Source: Microcoleus sp.
GTDB taxonomy: Bacteria; Cyanobacteriota; Cyanobacteriia; Cyanobacteriales; Microcoleaceae
NCBI GenBank assembly: GCA_042408215.1
Contig: JAYFMW010000030.1
Location: forward strand, 64,001-128,000
Direction: 5' to 3'
Length of the DNA stretch: 64,000 nt
The position numbers and the translations under genes are program-made. Below are positions 51,384 through 61,902 of this stretch, piece after piece. The notes below the pieces were generated by a model. That model was not told where the DNA came from. It worked only from the letters and a program-made list of their open reading frames with translations, and made no database searches. How positions within the stretch are numbered: position 1 is the first letter of the stretch; each line of letters begins with the position of its first letter.

Positions 51384-52544
51384 TCAATCTTCAAACTTTG
51401 GCAAGGTCAACCAAAACCTCGCTCCTTTTCCCAATTCGCTATCAACGCCAATCTCTCCGCCGTGAGCCTCAACAATTTGCCTGCAAATGTAAAGTCCCAA
51501 TCCCAATCCTTGCCTTAAACTAACTCCTACTCCCCTCGTATAAGGCTCGAACAATCTTGCACATTGCTGAGGCGAAATTCCGGCCCCATTGTCTGCAACC
51601 GTACAGCGAACCATCTCACCTTCCTTTTTAGCTTCTACCGTCAAAATAAACCCAGACTGATTGTATTTAACAGCATTGTCAATCAGATTGCCAAACACCC
51701 GCCAGAGCTGCTGAGCATCAGCATTGACTAAAGGCAAATCTGCTGGAAAAAGCTGCTTTACCTTGACTCGATGCTGGTTGAGAATTGGTAATCTTTCAAT
51801 AAGAATATTTTGGACTAAAGCGGGCAGCGACAGCGGCTTCATTGCTAAAGAAGCACTTTTTACGTCAAACTGCTGTGTTGCTGTTCGTGACTCAATCAAC
51901 TGGAGTTGGCGCGAACAACTTTGCACCATAACCTCCACAGTCCGCCTATCAATAACAATGTTGCTGCCAGCATCAGCTAGGCGATTTTGCAGCAGCAGCG
52001 ACATTCCCGATAAAGGCGATCGCAAATCGTGAGAAACAGCGTGCAACAGCATTTTTAAATTGGCTTCTGCTTGCTGTCTTTCTTGAATTTCCTGACTTAA
52101 TTGAACATTTTGTGCAGCCAATTGCACGTTAGCGGCGCGAAGTTGCTGCTGCAAGCGCTGCATTTTAAGTTGGGCAGATACCCGCGCCAATACTTCAACA
52201 GGCTCAAAAGGTTTTATAATGTAGTCAGCACCGCCCGCCTCAAACCCTTTTACTTTGTCAAATACGTCATCTAAAGCGCTGATGAAAATTACAGGAATAG
52301 CACAAGTAGCTTCAGATGCTTTAAGTTTACGGCAGACTTCATAGCCATCCATACCGGGCATTTTTATATCTAGCAAAATCAAGTCTGGCGCTTGCAACTC
52401 TACTGCTTTTAAAGCTCGCTCTCCACTAATCAGCTTCCTGACTTTGTAACCGTTTTCAATTAGCACTTGAGACAGTAGTTGAATGTTAGCTGGAATATCG
52501 TCAACAATCAAAATGTCAGCCAAAAATTGTTCAGTTTGCTCCAT
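51384..52544 (-). CDS. Hybrid REC-histidine kinase
   Basis: IVDD, LDIKMPGMDG, SHDLRSPL, NLIDNAVKY, DNGAG, GLGLGL. Confidence 0.93.
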   Translation of the reverse strand: MEQTEQFLADILIVDDIPANIQLLSQVLIENGYKVRKLISGERALKAVELQAPDLILLDIKMPGMDGYEVCRKLKASEATCAIPVIFISALDDVFDKVKGFEAGGADYIIKPFEPVEVLARVSAQLKMQRLQQQLRAANVQLAAQNVQLSQEIQERQQAEANLKMLLHAVSHDLRSPLSGMSLLLQNRLADAGSNIVIDRRTVEVMVQSCSRQLQLIESRTATQQFDVKSASLAMKPLSLPALVQNILIERLPILNQHRVKVKQLFPADLPLVNADAQQLWRVFGNLIDNAVKYNQSGFILTVEAKKEGEMVRCTVADNGAGISPQQCARLFEPYTRGVGVSLRQGLGLGLYICRQIVEAHGGEIGVDSELGKGARFWLTLPKFED

Positions 52545-54175
52545 TATCGATCGCCAAATGACAGATTTTTAAGTTTTTTCCGAATATTGTCAACCGCTAT
52601 TTTTTCAGCCGCGCTGTTCGCACCAGCAGCATTAACTGGCAATTTAACATCAGCCACAGTCACGGGTTCTTCTGAGTCGTTCGGATGTGGCAGCAATTGG
52701 TAAGCGAATTGAATCCGCTTGTCGAGCTCTTCATCTATATTGAGCAGTTTACCCGTCTGCTGCTCTACTGACAAAGCTTTCGCCCGCCTTTCAAGCTGCG
52801 GTCTGATGCTGCTGTCCCACAGTTGTTCAGACTCTTTAGCTCGCTTTATGTCGCCGGGCCGCACCGGAATCTTGAGAGGGTAGGGAAATAAAGCTTCCGT
52901 CCCCGTTGCGTAGGCCGGTGAAGTGATGACGCACTTGCCTTGAGGAAACCTCAGAATTTCGTCAGGACTAATCAGCGGTTTCTTTTGCAACTGTTCGCTC
53001 CAGTTGACAGAACGGCTCGTTTGCTGCCCCGTCGAGCTGCCGGTCGATCGATTTTTTACCAGCACTTCCACTTCTCCGTACCGCTTAGAATATTTCTCGG
53101 CTGTCTCAAAATCGCCGGGGTTGAAGAGGACATGAGTTGACAGAGCACTGGCGATCGCAGCCCCTTTTTTATCCCCATAGAGATTATAGAGTTGATTGAG
53201 TGATTGAATGCCAACAATCGGCACGCCGCCAGCAGAACGATATTCGTTAGCCCACTGATCCATTCTGTCGAACTTGAGAGACGGAAACTCGTCTAAGCAG
53301 TACAAAAATGGGTCAGAACGTACCCGACTCAAATTAGACACCACACATAAGTGAATAGCAGCAGCTAACAGCGGCCCCACTACAGTGCGCCACTTGTTAT
53401 CTAATTTGAAAATAATGCACTTTTTGCCTTCTAAAGCAATCGGAATGGTGCTGCGACCAATAAATGCCCGCAACAAATCTTTTTGAATGAAACTGGAGTA
53501 GGTAGCCTCTGCGGTAGCCTTGATGCCCGCCACTGTTTTTTCAGCATCTTTTGAACTTAATAACTGCGAAAAACTAGAGGCAATCCACCTGTCCATTTTG
53601 AGGGGATGACCGTCGGGTCGGTGAACGGCGTGGTCGATGCGCTTGACCAAATCAGGCAGTTGAATAATTGCGTACACAAAAGCTAAATCCGGGTAAGGAC
53701 TGCTTTTTGCCAACTGCACTAAACCCTTCGCCATCAACTCGCCTGCTTTCTCAAAAAACTCATTGCCTTTACTCTCCCCCGGACTAGCATTAGCAATAAC
53801 TTGTCCAATTTCTGCTGCCATTACTGCATCTTGTGCATCTCTCATAAAATCCAGAGGATTGATAGTGCCGCTGTAAGCTTCCCCTGGCGCAAACACTTGC
53901 ACATCGTAGCCATAGCGCACTGCAAGCGGTGCAAGCAGTTTCATCTGGTCTCCTTTTTTGTCGTAAATAATGACAGGAAACCCTTGCTGAAATGCACTTT
54001 CAACCATCCGGTCAATGACGCTGAATGTTTTGCCAGAACCCGGAGCGCCAATGACTAAAGTGCCGCGTTCTGCGTGGGGAAACCAAACTGTAGGAGATGC
54101 ACCTAATAGCGTTTGCAATCTAGCGCTCAATCCCTGACAACCTTTAAACCAATAAGTCGGCGTACCGATCCACAA
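52544..54175 (-). CDS. VirD4/TraG-like type IV coupling protein, probably N-truncated
   Basis: GAPGSGKT, LDEFPSL, GIQSLNQL..YG; no N-terminal TM segment and no clear RBS/start. Confidence 0.82.
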   Translation of the reverse strand: MWIGTPTYWFKGCQGLSARLQTLLGASPTVWFPHAERGTLVIGAPGSGKTFSVIDRMVESAFQQGFPVIIYDKKGDQMKLLAPLAVRYGYDVQVFAPGEAYSGTINPLDFMRDAQDAVMAAEIGQVIANASPGESKGNEFFEKAGELMAKGLVQLAKSSPYPDLAFVYAIIQLPDLVKRIDHAVHRPDGHPLKMDRWIASSFSQLLSSKDAEKTVAGIKATAEATYSSFIQKDLLRAFIGRSTIPIALEGKKCIIFKLDNKWRTVVGPLLAAAIHLCVVSNLSRVRSDPFLYCLDEFPSLKFDRMDQWANEYRSAGGVPIVGIQSLNQLYNLYGDKKGAAIASALSTHVLFNPGDFETAEKYSKRYGEVEVLVKNRSTGSSTGQQTSRSVNWSEQLQKKPLISPDEILRFPQGKCVITSPAYATGTEALFPYPLKIPVRPGDIKRAKESEQLWDSSIRPQLERRAKALSVEQQTGKLLNIDEELDKRIQFAYQLLPHPNDSEEPVTVADVKLPVNAAGANSAAEKIAVDNIRKKLKNLSFGDR

Positions 54176-54209
54176 AGTAAATAGTAATACAATTCTGGAG
54201 CGGGCTATT

Positions 54210-55886
54210 CTAGAACTGGCTTGGGGAAAAATTAGCCAACTTTTTTTGAACTGCCAATTTTAGAGTTTTACGTCTTTCAGTAATAAAGCCATCAAAATTA
54301 TCCTCCTTTAGGGCATCATAAGCGTCTTTTGAAATGAAGTGACTGCTTAATGTGTCCAGCAATTTGGATTCATCATTACCATGTTTTACTAAACACTCTT
54401 GGAAAAACTGTGAGGGCTGCTTATTTCCTTTTGTTTTATTAGTTGGTTCCCATATCAGTGTCCGATTCAATATTTGATTGACCTTTTCGCCGTGGGATTT
54501 CTTATATACAGATTTAGGGAAAATGTGGTCATCTTGACACTCATTTAATTTAGCAGACTGACCAGTTAAAAAGTCCTTTGCCCCCTCACAAACTACCAAA
54601 CCCATAATTCCTCGATATAGAGCAGTCCGGCGGTCATCGATCGTATCTAGATTTAAATCTTGAATACCAAACTGCTCCAGCCATTGGGGTGCATTAGTTG
54701 TTCGCTCGATCCAATACTCTAAATCTCGAATGTCTTGAAATGTTTTGGTTGGGAGTGAACTCTCATAGCGCCCACTAAGAACACACCCCCAGTACCAACG
54801 ATCCACCTTTTGATAGTCCTCTACTCCTGCTGATTTTGCCTTAAGTTTATACAACAAAACAGCTAGCGTTACCACCGATGTTGTATAAGGAATCCATTGT
54901 TCGGCAAAAGCACCGTATTCTTCTGTCATTCGTTTATGCGCTTGTACTATCCACTCAACCGCCTGATTCCAACGATTGTTGAAAACAGTTTCTTCAAGGT
55001 CGATAGCATTTAGTAAATCGGGTCGGGTGATCCCCTTTCCTTCTAAAAGAGCAATCACCCGAAGTAAGAAGACAGGCTCAACCACAGAAGTGACTACCTT
55101 GTGCTTCTTGCTAAATGTATCCCATAAAGATCGCAGTTTTATTTTGTTCAGGTAAAGCTGCGCTACAGCCAGATCGAAAAGTGAAAGACTGACTCCAGTT
55201 CTGTTAATGCGCTCGAAGATATTGACGATATCCTCCTTGCTAGTTTCTGCAGGAAGAGCAACAACCGGAACCATAAACCGATTAAGGCGTTCATAGATTT
55301 CTTGAATTTTGTTGAGCTTTTCACCCTTCCATGCTGATTGTTCTTGATATAGCCACTGATAAAAACGGCTAGCGTCTCGCAACAGAGAGAAACCGATAGC
55401 TTTGTGTTCACCGCAAAGTTCCTCAAAGTACATTTTACGCTTTCCATCCTGCATGGATATACCAACTACTGCTTCGTCTATGTTTCCGCTTAAAGCCCGA
55501 TCGAGGTCTAAATAAAATCGGTACGGGTTTTTTACTTTTTTTAGAGGTATATTTGGCTCATAAAAAGCATAGAATAATGAAGTTATTCGCTGTTGACCAT
55601 CCAAAACTAGCTGCACAGTCGTATGATCCTTGGAGCGCACATTAGAGTTAACTTTTTCAACACCTTCGACATTACGAAACGGGAACATAGGTGTTTTAGT
55701 GGGAGTATCCAACATAAGAAATGTACCTATAAAATACCCCTGAAGGAGCGAAGTTAGAAACTCTTCAACGTCATCTCGCTCCCATACGAATGAACGCTGA
55801 AATTCAGGTACAACTACTTTAGCGTTGTAAACATCACCGATCAGCGACAGAAGATTCTTTGGATTTGCATCAGGTGCTTTAGCCAC
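54210..55886 (-). CDS. GmrSD-family (DUF262 + HNH-like C-terminus) modification-dependent restriction nuclease
   Basis: PEFQRSFVW, LDGQQRIT, FERIN, DDHIFP..N..LN. Confidence 0.88.
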   Translation of the reverse strand: MAKAPDANPKNLLSLIGDVYNAKVVVPEFQRSFVWERDDVEEFLTSLLQGYFIGTFLMLDTPTKTPMFPFRNVEGVEKVNSNVRSKDHTTVQLVLDGQQRITSLFYAFYEPNIPLKKVKNPYRFYLDLDRALSGNIDEAVVGISMQDGKRKMYFEELCGEHKAIGFSLLRDASRFYQWLYQEQSAWKGEKLNKIQEIYERLNRFMVPVVALPAETSKEDIVNIFERINRTGVSLSLFDLAVAQLYLNKIKLRSLWDTFSKKHKVVTSVVEPVFLLRVIALLEGKGITRPDLLNAIDLEETVFNNRWNQAVEWIVQAHKRMTEEYGAFAEQWIPYTTSVVTLAVLLYKLKAKSAGVEDYQKVDRWYWGCVLSGRYESSLPTKTFQDIRDLEYWIERTTNAPQWLEQFGIQDLNLDTIDDRRTALYRGIMGLVVCEGAKDFLTGQSAKLNECQDDHIFPKSVYKKSHGEKVNQILNRTLIWEPTNKTKGNKQPSQFFQECLVKHGNDESKLLDTLSSHFISKDAYDALKEDNFDGFITERRKTLKLAVQKKLANFSPSQF

Positions 55887-55944
55887 AGACTACTCCCCTT
55901 TGATAATTAATGATAAAATTATAGTATGTGTAGCGATCGTCGAT

Positions 55945-57105
55945 CTAGCAGCGATCGCTATCTGCACAGGTAGCAGTACCGATCGCTTCGCAGTCACCAC
56001 TACCTGCACTTTCCAAATTGGCGCTCGCCTTGCCTAGAGCCGTATCAACAGTATCGGCAGTTTCTGACGGTTCCATCACCACTACTTTAAACACTTCCCC
56101 AAAAGGATGCCGGCCCGTCGGTTCCCAACCGGCCAAACAGCCAGAACCGCCTCGCACTTCCTGATATTTGCCACTAATCCACTGCTTCCCTTCTAGCGGC
56201 CCTGTGGCGCGACGACCGACATTTTCCATGTCGTCAAGTTCGATATAAGCGCAATCTTTCTCGCAGGCTACCGCAAATCCTTCTACATCTGAACCGGAAA
56301 TTGTATTAGACCGTTTGCTTTCGTACCGACTGTAGATCGTGTCAATTCGCATGATTGTGCTGCCAATGGACGCAATAGGAACCGGAAAATTAGAAAGCGG
56401 GACTTGACTCAGCAGCGGAATATTGCTGATGAGTTCCTCTGACCAGCCAGAGAACTGTTCTAAATTTACGCTATTAAGATTGGGAATTTGGGCGATCGCA
56501 AACTCAGATAGATCAATTTGGTTAAGTTTTGCCTGTGCTAGTTGCGGTACTTGTTTTACAGCTTGAGCAATTGGCAATTGGCTGATGTTAGAGTTCACTC
56601 CGGCTATTTGAGAAGATAAAGAAGCAATTGGAGGAACATCGCTCAATTGAAATTGGCTAAGATTCGGAACAATTTCAGCCAAGTGACCGACAGTTTGCTT
56701 ACCAGCTAAGGGAAATGCTGACAAGCTGATATTCTCTAAATTGATATCCCCTAGTGCCAATTGTTCAATTGCTTGCAAAGAAAGAATTTCAGGTTTTACA
56801 TCGTTAATGTCCCCCAGCTTCAAGATGTTGTCAACAGAAGTGCCAGCTTGCCAGCTTCGACCGCCAGAACTTCCAGAACTAGCAACGGCTGGCAGGGAAC
56901 TAAAGGTAATCTGGCTCCAATCTGGCAGCAAAACTCTAGATTGTTCTTTTTCCCAAATTTTAGTAGGTAAGGGACTGGCGCTAGCAATTAATGGAAAGCT
57001 TAAGAAAGTAATGCAGATGAAAGCAAAAATTAGGCAGAGTGTACTGGCCGCTATTAAAGCCGAGCCTACCTGGCTTAATTTTTTTAACTGCTTTGAAATG
57101 TTCAT
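55945..57105 (-). CDS. Exported hypothetical protein of cyanobacterial conjugation loci, C-terminus probably truncated
   Basis: Signal/TM N-terminus; LPDWSQITF, ISGSD..GF.V.C, WISGKYQ.V.GG.G, EPTGRHPFG. Confidence 0.6.
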   Translation of the reverse strand: MNISKQLKKLSQVGSALIAASTLCLIFAFICITFLSFPLIASASPLPTKIWEKEQSRVLLPDWSQITFSSLPAVASSGSSGGRSWQAGTSVDNILKLGDINDVKPEILSLQAIEQLALGDINLENISLSAFPLAGKQTVGHLAEIVPNLSQFQLSDVPPIASLSSQIAGVNSNISQLPIAQAVKQVPQLAQAKLNQIDLSEFAIAQIPNLNSVNLEQFSGWSEELISNIPLLSQVPLSNFPVPIASIGSTIMRIDTIYSRYESKRSNTISGSDVEGFAVACEKDCAYIELDDMENVGRRATGPLEGKQWISGKYQEVRGGSGCLAGWEPTGRHPFGEVFKVVVMEPSETADTVDTALGKASANLESAGSGDCEAIGTATCADSDRC

Positions 57106-57389
57106 TATAATTCTATTTTTGTTAACTACTATTCGCTAGAAAAAGCTGCTATACTTCGGATTTAAAAAACATTTTTACTGTCTTTAAAAGATTACCAAAA
57201 ATAGAGCATCATTGCAGAAATAACCAATCAGCTAAACCTCCCTATCCCTCTCTCCCTTTCCTGCTCTCCCCTCTCCATTTTAGGACTTACCCAAAAACCC
57301 GGTTTTTGAGGGTAAGTTAGTCATTTTAGGTTGAGAATGATAACAACAAACCGGGTTTTTTAGGTTGATGCGTCCAGGACTACATTTCT

Positions 57390-57611
57390 TTAATCAAGCT
57401 CCAGCTCCAACTGTGGATTCGGGCGGACTGCTGAATCTGTCCAAGGAGTATCTGCTAAGTTTGACAAGTCATAGACATTTTCTTGGTAAGCGTCGTCAAA
57501 ATTACCTTGACGAACTTCTGTGGATGATGAGTAACCAACTGTCAAATCAGGTTCGGACTCGTAACCCGATTTGCTATAGCCAGAATTAGGTTCAGTCCAT
57601 GAATTGTGCAT
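57390..57611 (-). CDS. Small acidic hypothetical protein
   Basis: 73-aa ORF next to the IS end. Confidence 0.4.
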   Translation of the reverse strand: MHNSWTEPNSGYSKSGYESEPDLTVGYSSSTEVRQGNFDDAYQENVYDLSNLADTPWTDSAVRPNPQLELELD

Positions 57612-57635
57612 GGTTTTTGTTATTTTATGTGGTAA

Positions 57636-59258
57636 TTGGAGTTTAGACTAAGCAAAAATTCACTCAGCAGAAGTTGAGTGTAAATTTTGTGAGTTTAGAC
57701 AGAGGTAGAGAGGTTAACTAATCGATTTTGACGAGTGTTGAAACCGACCTTTACCCTTTTTGACCACAGGATACCGACATCTTGGAGTGCGAGGTTTTCC
57801 TGTTTGCCATCCGTCTGAATTTCCTCGCCGTTTCGGAGCAACAGCCGGACTTCCAATCCTGATTAAAAGTGGAAGCATTGATTGTACAACCCTGACCGGG
57901 GTCAATTCAGAGAGAGACTTTTGCCAGGGTAGACGAGTTTCTTTGACTAAATCTTTAGCTAACCATAATTGCCAGGTCACTAATGGCATCAAATCACTCC
58001 ATCGTTCGCACTGTTCTGGTGTGCTTAGCTTCGGCACAGTCCAATGTAAGGTTTGTTTAGCTAACCGATACCAATGTTCGAGGGCAAAGCGACGTAGATA
58101 TAGTTGCCAAATTTCATTAAGAGATGGCATTTGGATACCAACCCATACTAACCACAAAGGTTGACTATTTAACCGACCCGTTACAGTTTCTAAACGTTCG
58201 ACTAAAATCAAGGTCATTGGATGTTTGGGACGGCCTCGAAAATGCAAGTCATCCCATTTTCTTAACCGAATTTTTCCGAGTTTGGGTTCAACAGATTCCA
58301 GAGTTTGTTCGGGTTCCCACCAGCTTTGAGAGTCGTTCAGCCTAAACTGTTGACCGTGAATTTTGGGCCGTCCTCTACCACTATAGGCTGGGGGTGTTGA
58401 CCATAAGCAACGATTAGAACGAATACGCATTAGTTTATCAGCAGCGATCGCAGCGGTGGCTTTAACCAAAGGGGCGCACCCATACTCACTATCAAATAAG
58501 GCGATCGGTCTATGCTGAAGATATTCACATACTTGTGCTAATTGTTGAGCGCCTTTACCGATTGGGTTATCCCAACTGGTAATACGTTCGTGTCTCAAGG
58601 GCAGCGCCCAACTCCCGCTCATCGAAGGTATCAGTGCGATCGTACTATATCCCTGACCGATGCCGACAGGTATACCGTCGGGTAAGGCTGTGGGTTGATG
58701 TTCATAAGTACGTTCTTTGAGGGTACGTGCATGGGGTCTCAACCATGCCGTATGATCGATCGCTAATACTGGACGTTCTACTTCTGAAATCTGTTGGATG
58801 TATAGTTGCATCAATTGGTCTCGGTCTGGTCTACAGTCTTGTAGTGCTTCGTAGACGCTTGACCACTCACGCCGAAATAAGGGATTGAGGGCTAAATCTC
58901 CTAAACATGAGACGTGGCGAGTCGTCATTATCGCGTCTGCTAGTTCAAAGGTGGCGTCTTTGGCATTGCCGAGACATTCATAAGCTTGTTGACGAAATTC
59001 CCGTAATTGTTCAAACTTCATGGCAGGTAGATGTGAGATTTTTAGCTGAATTTTCAATCTTCTACCCTTACGCTGTCTGTTGAAACTATCGCAGACAGTT
59101 TTTTTTCTGTTGCAAGTCTCCGAGAACGTCAACGGTCGCTGGCATCTATCTTATGGTTGAGCCTGATAGTTTGTCGCCAGCGACCATTGCCGTTCTTGAG
59201 AACTGTTGGCTAGTCTCACAGCGATCACACTTTTTGACCTGCTTAGTCTAAACTCCAA
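57636..59258 (-). mobile_element. IS (same family as 38306) with apparently intact transposase
   Basis: TIR TTGGAGTTTAGACTAAG; 7-bp TSD GTGGTAA (57629-57635, 59259-59265). Confidence 0.9.
57714..59021 (-). CDS. DDE transposase (NF041680/IS701-like)
   Basis: LAIDHT, FDSEYG, YLRRFALEHWYR. Confidence 0.88.
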   Translation of the reverse strand: MKFEQLREFRQQAYECLGNAKDATFELADAIMTTRHVSCLGDLALNPLFRREWSSVYEALQDCRPDRDQLMQLYIQQISEVERPVLAIDHTAWLRPHARTLKERTYEHQPTALPDGIPVGIGQGYSTIALIPSMSGSWALPLRHERITSWDNPIGKGAQQLAQVCEYLQHRPIALFDSEYGCAPLVKATAAIAADKLMRIRSNRCLWSTPPAYSGRGRPKIHGQQFRLNDSQSWWEPEQTLESVEPKLGKIRLRKWDDLHFRGRPKHPMTLILVERLETVTGRLNSQPLWLVWVGIQMPSLNEIWQLYLRRFALEHWYRLAKQTLHWTVPKLSTPEQCERWSDLMPLVTWQLWLAKDLVKETRLPWQKSLSELTPVRVVQSMLPLLIRIGSPAVAPKRRGNSDGWQTGKPRTPRCRYPVVKKGKGRFQHSSKSIS

Positions 59259-59447
59259 GTGGTAAACAATTCCAATTTAAATCGCATCTAGTTCCTGCAA
59301 CTTCATTCCTGTGAGCGATTTTGTTCAGTAAAAATTACCCCCTCCACATGGAGGGGGCCGCTCTATGAAAGTTACCTAACGGCTCTCAGCACTGGGCAAT
59401 TCTACGAAGTTGGTAAAAATGTCTTTTAAGAAAAACGATCGTGGCCA

Positions 59448-59702
59448 TTACTGCGGTTTCCTCCGCCGACGCTGCCGCGCTTTTGCCTTGATTGCTGGCA
59501 TATCCAAGGGAGTTGCTTCACCGCTGTCTAGCCCTAGCTGAATTTCCTGCCGCAATTCCTGCAAGCGAGTTTGCTGGAATTGTTCCCGTTCTTTCAACAG
59601 GCGCAACCCTTCACGGATTACCTCGCTAGCAGAATAATACAGTCCGCTTGAGACTTTCTCCTGGACATACTGCTCTAACTCTGGTGTCAAAGACACGTTC
59701 AT
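59448..59702 (-). CDS. parD: ParD-family antitoxin (CC2985-like RHH); downstream toxin reduced to a few codons
   Basis: MNVSLTPELEQYV...SGLYYSASEVIREGLRLL; TAATG overlap with MATIV stub. Confidence 0.85.
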   Translation of the reverse strand: MNVSLTPELEQYVQEKVSSGLYYSASEVIREGLRLLKEREQFQQTRLQELRQEIQLGLDSGEATPLDMPAIKAKARQRRRRKPQ

Positions 59703-60038
59703 GCCTGAGTCCTCCTGTAATTTGGGCTATTCCATTTTCGCCTTAATAACAGGGAATAGCAATCGTTGTTATTATTGTACTAAAAAACTCGCTCTTGTAT
59801 ACAAGCGAGTTGAGCAATTGCTAAAGTAAATCTCGCGATCGATCGAAATGAACCAATCATGCCCCAAGTGGATTTCCAACTAAGCCGATAAAAATCAAAA
59901 CAGTCAATTACAAGCCTGTAAAAATGTCTTTTAAGAGGGAGTAGGAACTAAAAGCTAAAGAATCCCCATGCTTAAGAAAGGGGATATGACGCAGGTTGGG
60001 ATGCGTTCAAAGCTACCAAATTCGTTCCGCATTTTTTA

Positions 60039-60710
60039 TTAATTGTTTATTAAGTCCAAGCAAATCACTTGGTTTGGTGCAAGAAAACCTCCGACTTTTA
60101 TTACTTGCAGCTCTCCGGTTTCGTCGGGATATTGTGCTTTAACTTGGGCAATTGCTGCATCTAAACTAGATGCCTGAGCAATATACACCTTCTCAAGAAC
60201 ACTTAGTACCCAAATAGGTTTGGGCCACTTATGTCGAGGTTGAAGAATTAAATAGTGAATCACTTGACCAGTATACTGAACAATTTGCTGGATCGCAGTT
60301 TCCGAACAAAACTCCCCGAATTCTGACTCAATACATTGTTTGAGTTCTTTCGCAGGAATGTGCTCAACAACTGATTCTAAGAGCATTAATGCTGGTCTTG
60401 TCTGCTCTAATTGAGTGTGTTCCTGCACGACTAATGACTCTACGAAATGACTCACCTGGTTGATGATTGAGTCAAAATCTAGCTCCATCAATAAATGACC
60501 TAAATACTCCCTCAACAAATTTCTTAGCTTTTCATCAGAGATATTGATACCGCAGGTTTTCAGATAAACTGAAGGTTTATTACCCAAATTCCGACCGCAG
60601 CCAACTTCTCCATTAGCTGCATCTTCTGCTTCTATCAGTTCCATCAAGCGCGGATAACTGGTTGTATCATCTATTGTCGATTGGGGCTGGGAGGGAATTG
60701 AGTTACTCAT
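60039..60710 (-). CDS. Hypothetical protein coupled to the GNAT gene (putative antitoxin/partner)
   Basis: ATGA overlap with the GNAT stop; 223 aa. Confidence 0.6.
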   Translation of the reverse strand: MSNSIPSQPQSTIDDTTSYPRLMELIEAEDAANGEVGCGRNLGNKPSVYLKTCGINISDEKLRNLLREYLGHLLMELDFDSIINQVSHFVESLVVQEHTQLEQTRPALMLLESVVEHIPAKELKQCIESEFGEFCSETAIQQIVQYTGQVIHYLILQPRHKWPKPIWVLSVLEKVYIAQASSLDAAIAQVKAQYPDETGELQVIKVGGFLAPNQVICLDLINN

Positions 60711-61270
60711 TTATCTTTCCTTAATGTTTCAAAGTAATTAAGATTGTCTGGTTCTTCAGGATCTGGACCGCAGTCTAGCAGTCCCACTTTCAACTTTCTA
60801 TAAAATACTAGCGCACCAGGCAATGCGTGGAAGCCTATCCTTTCTTGGTATCCTAGTTCCTCACTACGAGCGAGCGCAAAATCTATTAGAGTTCCCCCTA
60901 CTCCTTTATAAGTGGGAGGAATACTAATAGCTGGTCGATTCCAGGGAGCAGTTGCTAGGGCTCTGACGTACACCAATCTTCGTCTCAATTGAGACTCAAT
61001 ATAGCAGCGTTTTTTTTAAATATCGATAGTCATTAAACCCTGAGTTATGCCATCACACTCAATGGCATATAGTTCATCTCCTGGTAAAAACTGAGTTCTA
61101 TAGCTTTTACTAACCCAATTCCAGTATTCATCTTCTTCTCCACTCCCTCGTCGAAGCGTTGGTTGCCACAGGGTTGTCGCATCTTCTAAATGCTTCTCAG
61201 TAACGGATGTTAGGATAGCATTAACTACCTGTCGATCTCGAACTCGAAGAAGCTGGATAGGGCGATTCAA
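60707..61270 (-). pseudogene. GNAT acetyltransferase with in-frame TAA (61016-61018)
   Basis: The two ORFs are in the same frame; LVYVRALATAPWNR...YKGVGGTL...GFHALPGALVFYRK. Confidence 0.8.
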
Positions 61271-61483
61271 TTGCCAAACCTAATTATTGTGACAACTACA
61301 TTATCTATCATAATTCTTAAATTTAAATTCAAGCACTATTTTCCCATCCACCTCCCTTTAATTATTTTTTAAAAATCAATTTGTTCGGAATTAAAGTCGC
61401 ACTTAACAGTGCTGCAATAGTAATATTTCGTGCATTATTGACACCTCGATATTCTTTCACTATTTTTATAAACGGAAGTAATC

Positions 61484-61902
61484 ATGAAACCTAATCCGCT
61501 AAACAAGCAGAAAATATCAACCGCTATCCCAACTTTTTTGACCGCTGACAAACTTAAAACAGCTCAGTTGCAAGCTACACTTAAAACTCCCTACCAACCG
61601 ATCGATACTGCTTTCAATCTTGAAACAGCCCTTCAACCATTCCAACAAGCAAAAATCATCGGTATAGACTGCGAAACAACAGGGCTTGACCCCTACCAAG
61701 CCAAAATTAGATTGTTACAACTTGCCATTCCTGACCATCCAGTAATCATTGTAGATTTATGGGCAATTGAACCGAGTTCCCTCGAACCATTACGCTTGCT
61801 TCTAGCCAGTCCTGCACTCAAGGTAAGTCACAACCTCAAATTTGAATGGCAAATGCTCACTTTTGCCGGACTGGAACCATCCAAACCCTTTTTCGATACC
61901 TA
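61484..61902 (+). pseudogene. PolA-like 3'-5' exonuclease domain truncated by IS630
   Basis: IGIDCETTGLDP..IRLLQL, HNLKFE, FDT, then the IS TIR. Confidence 0.8.
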
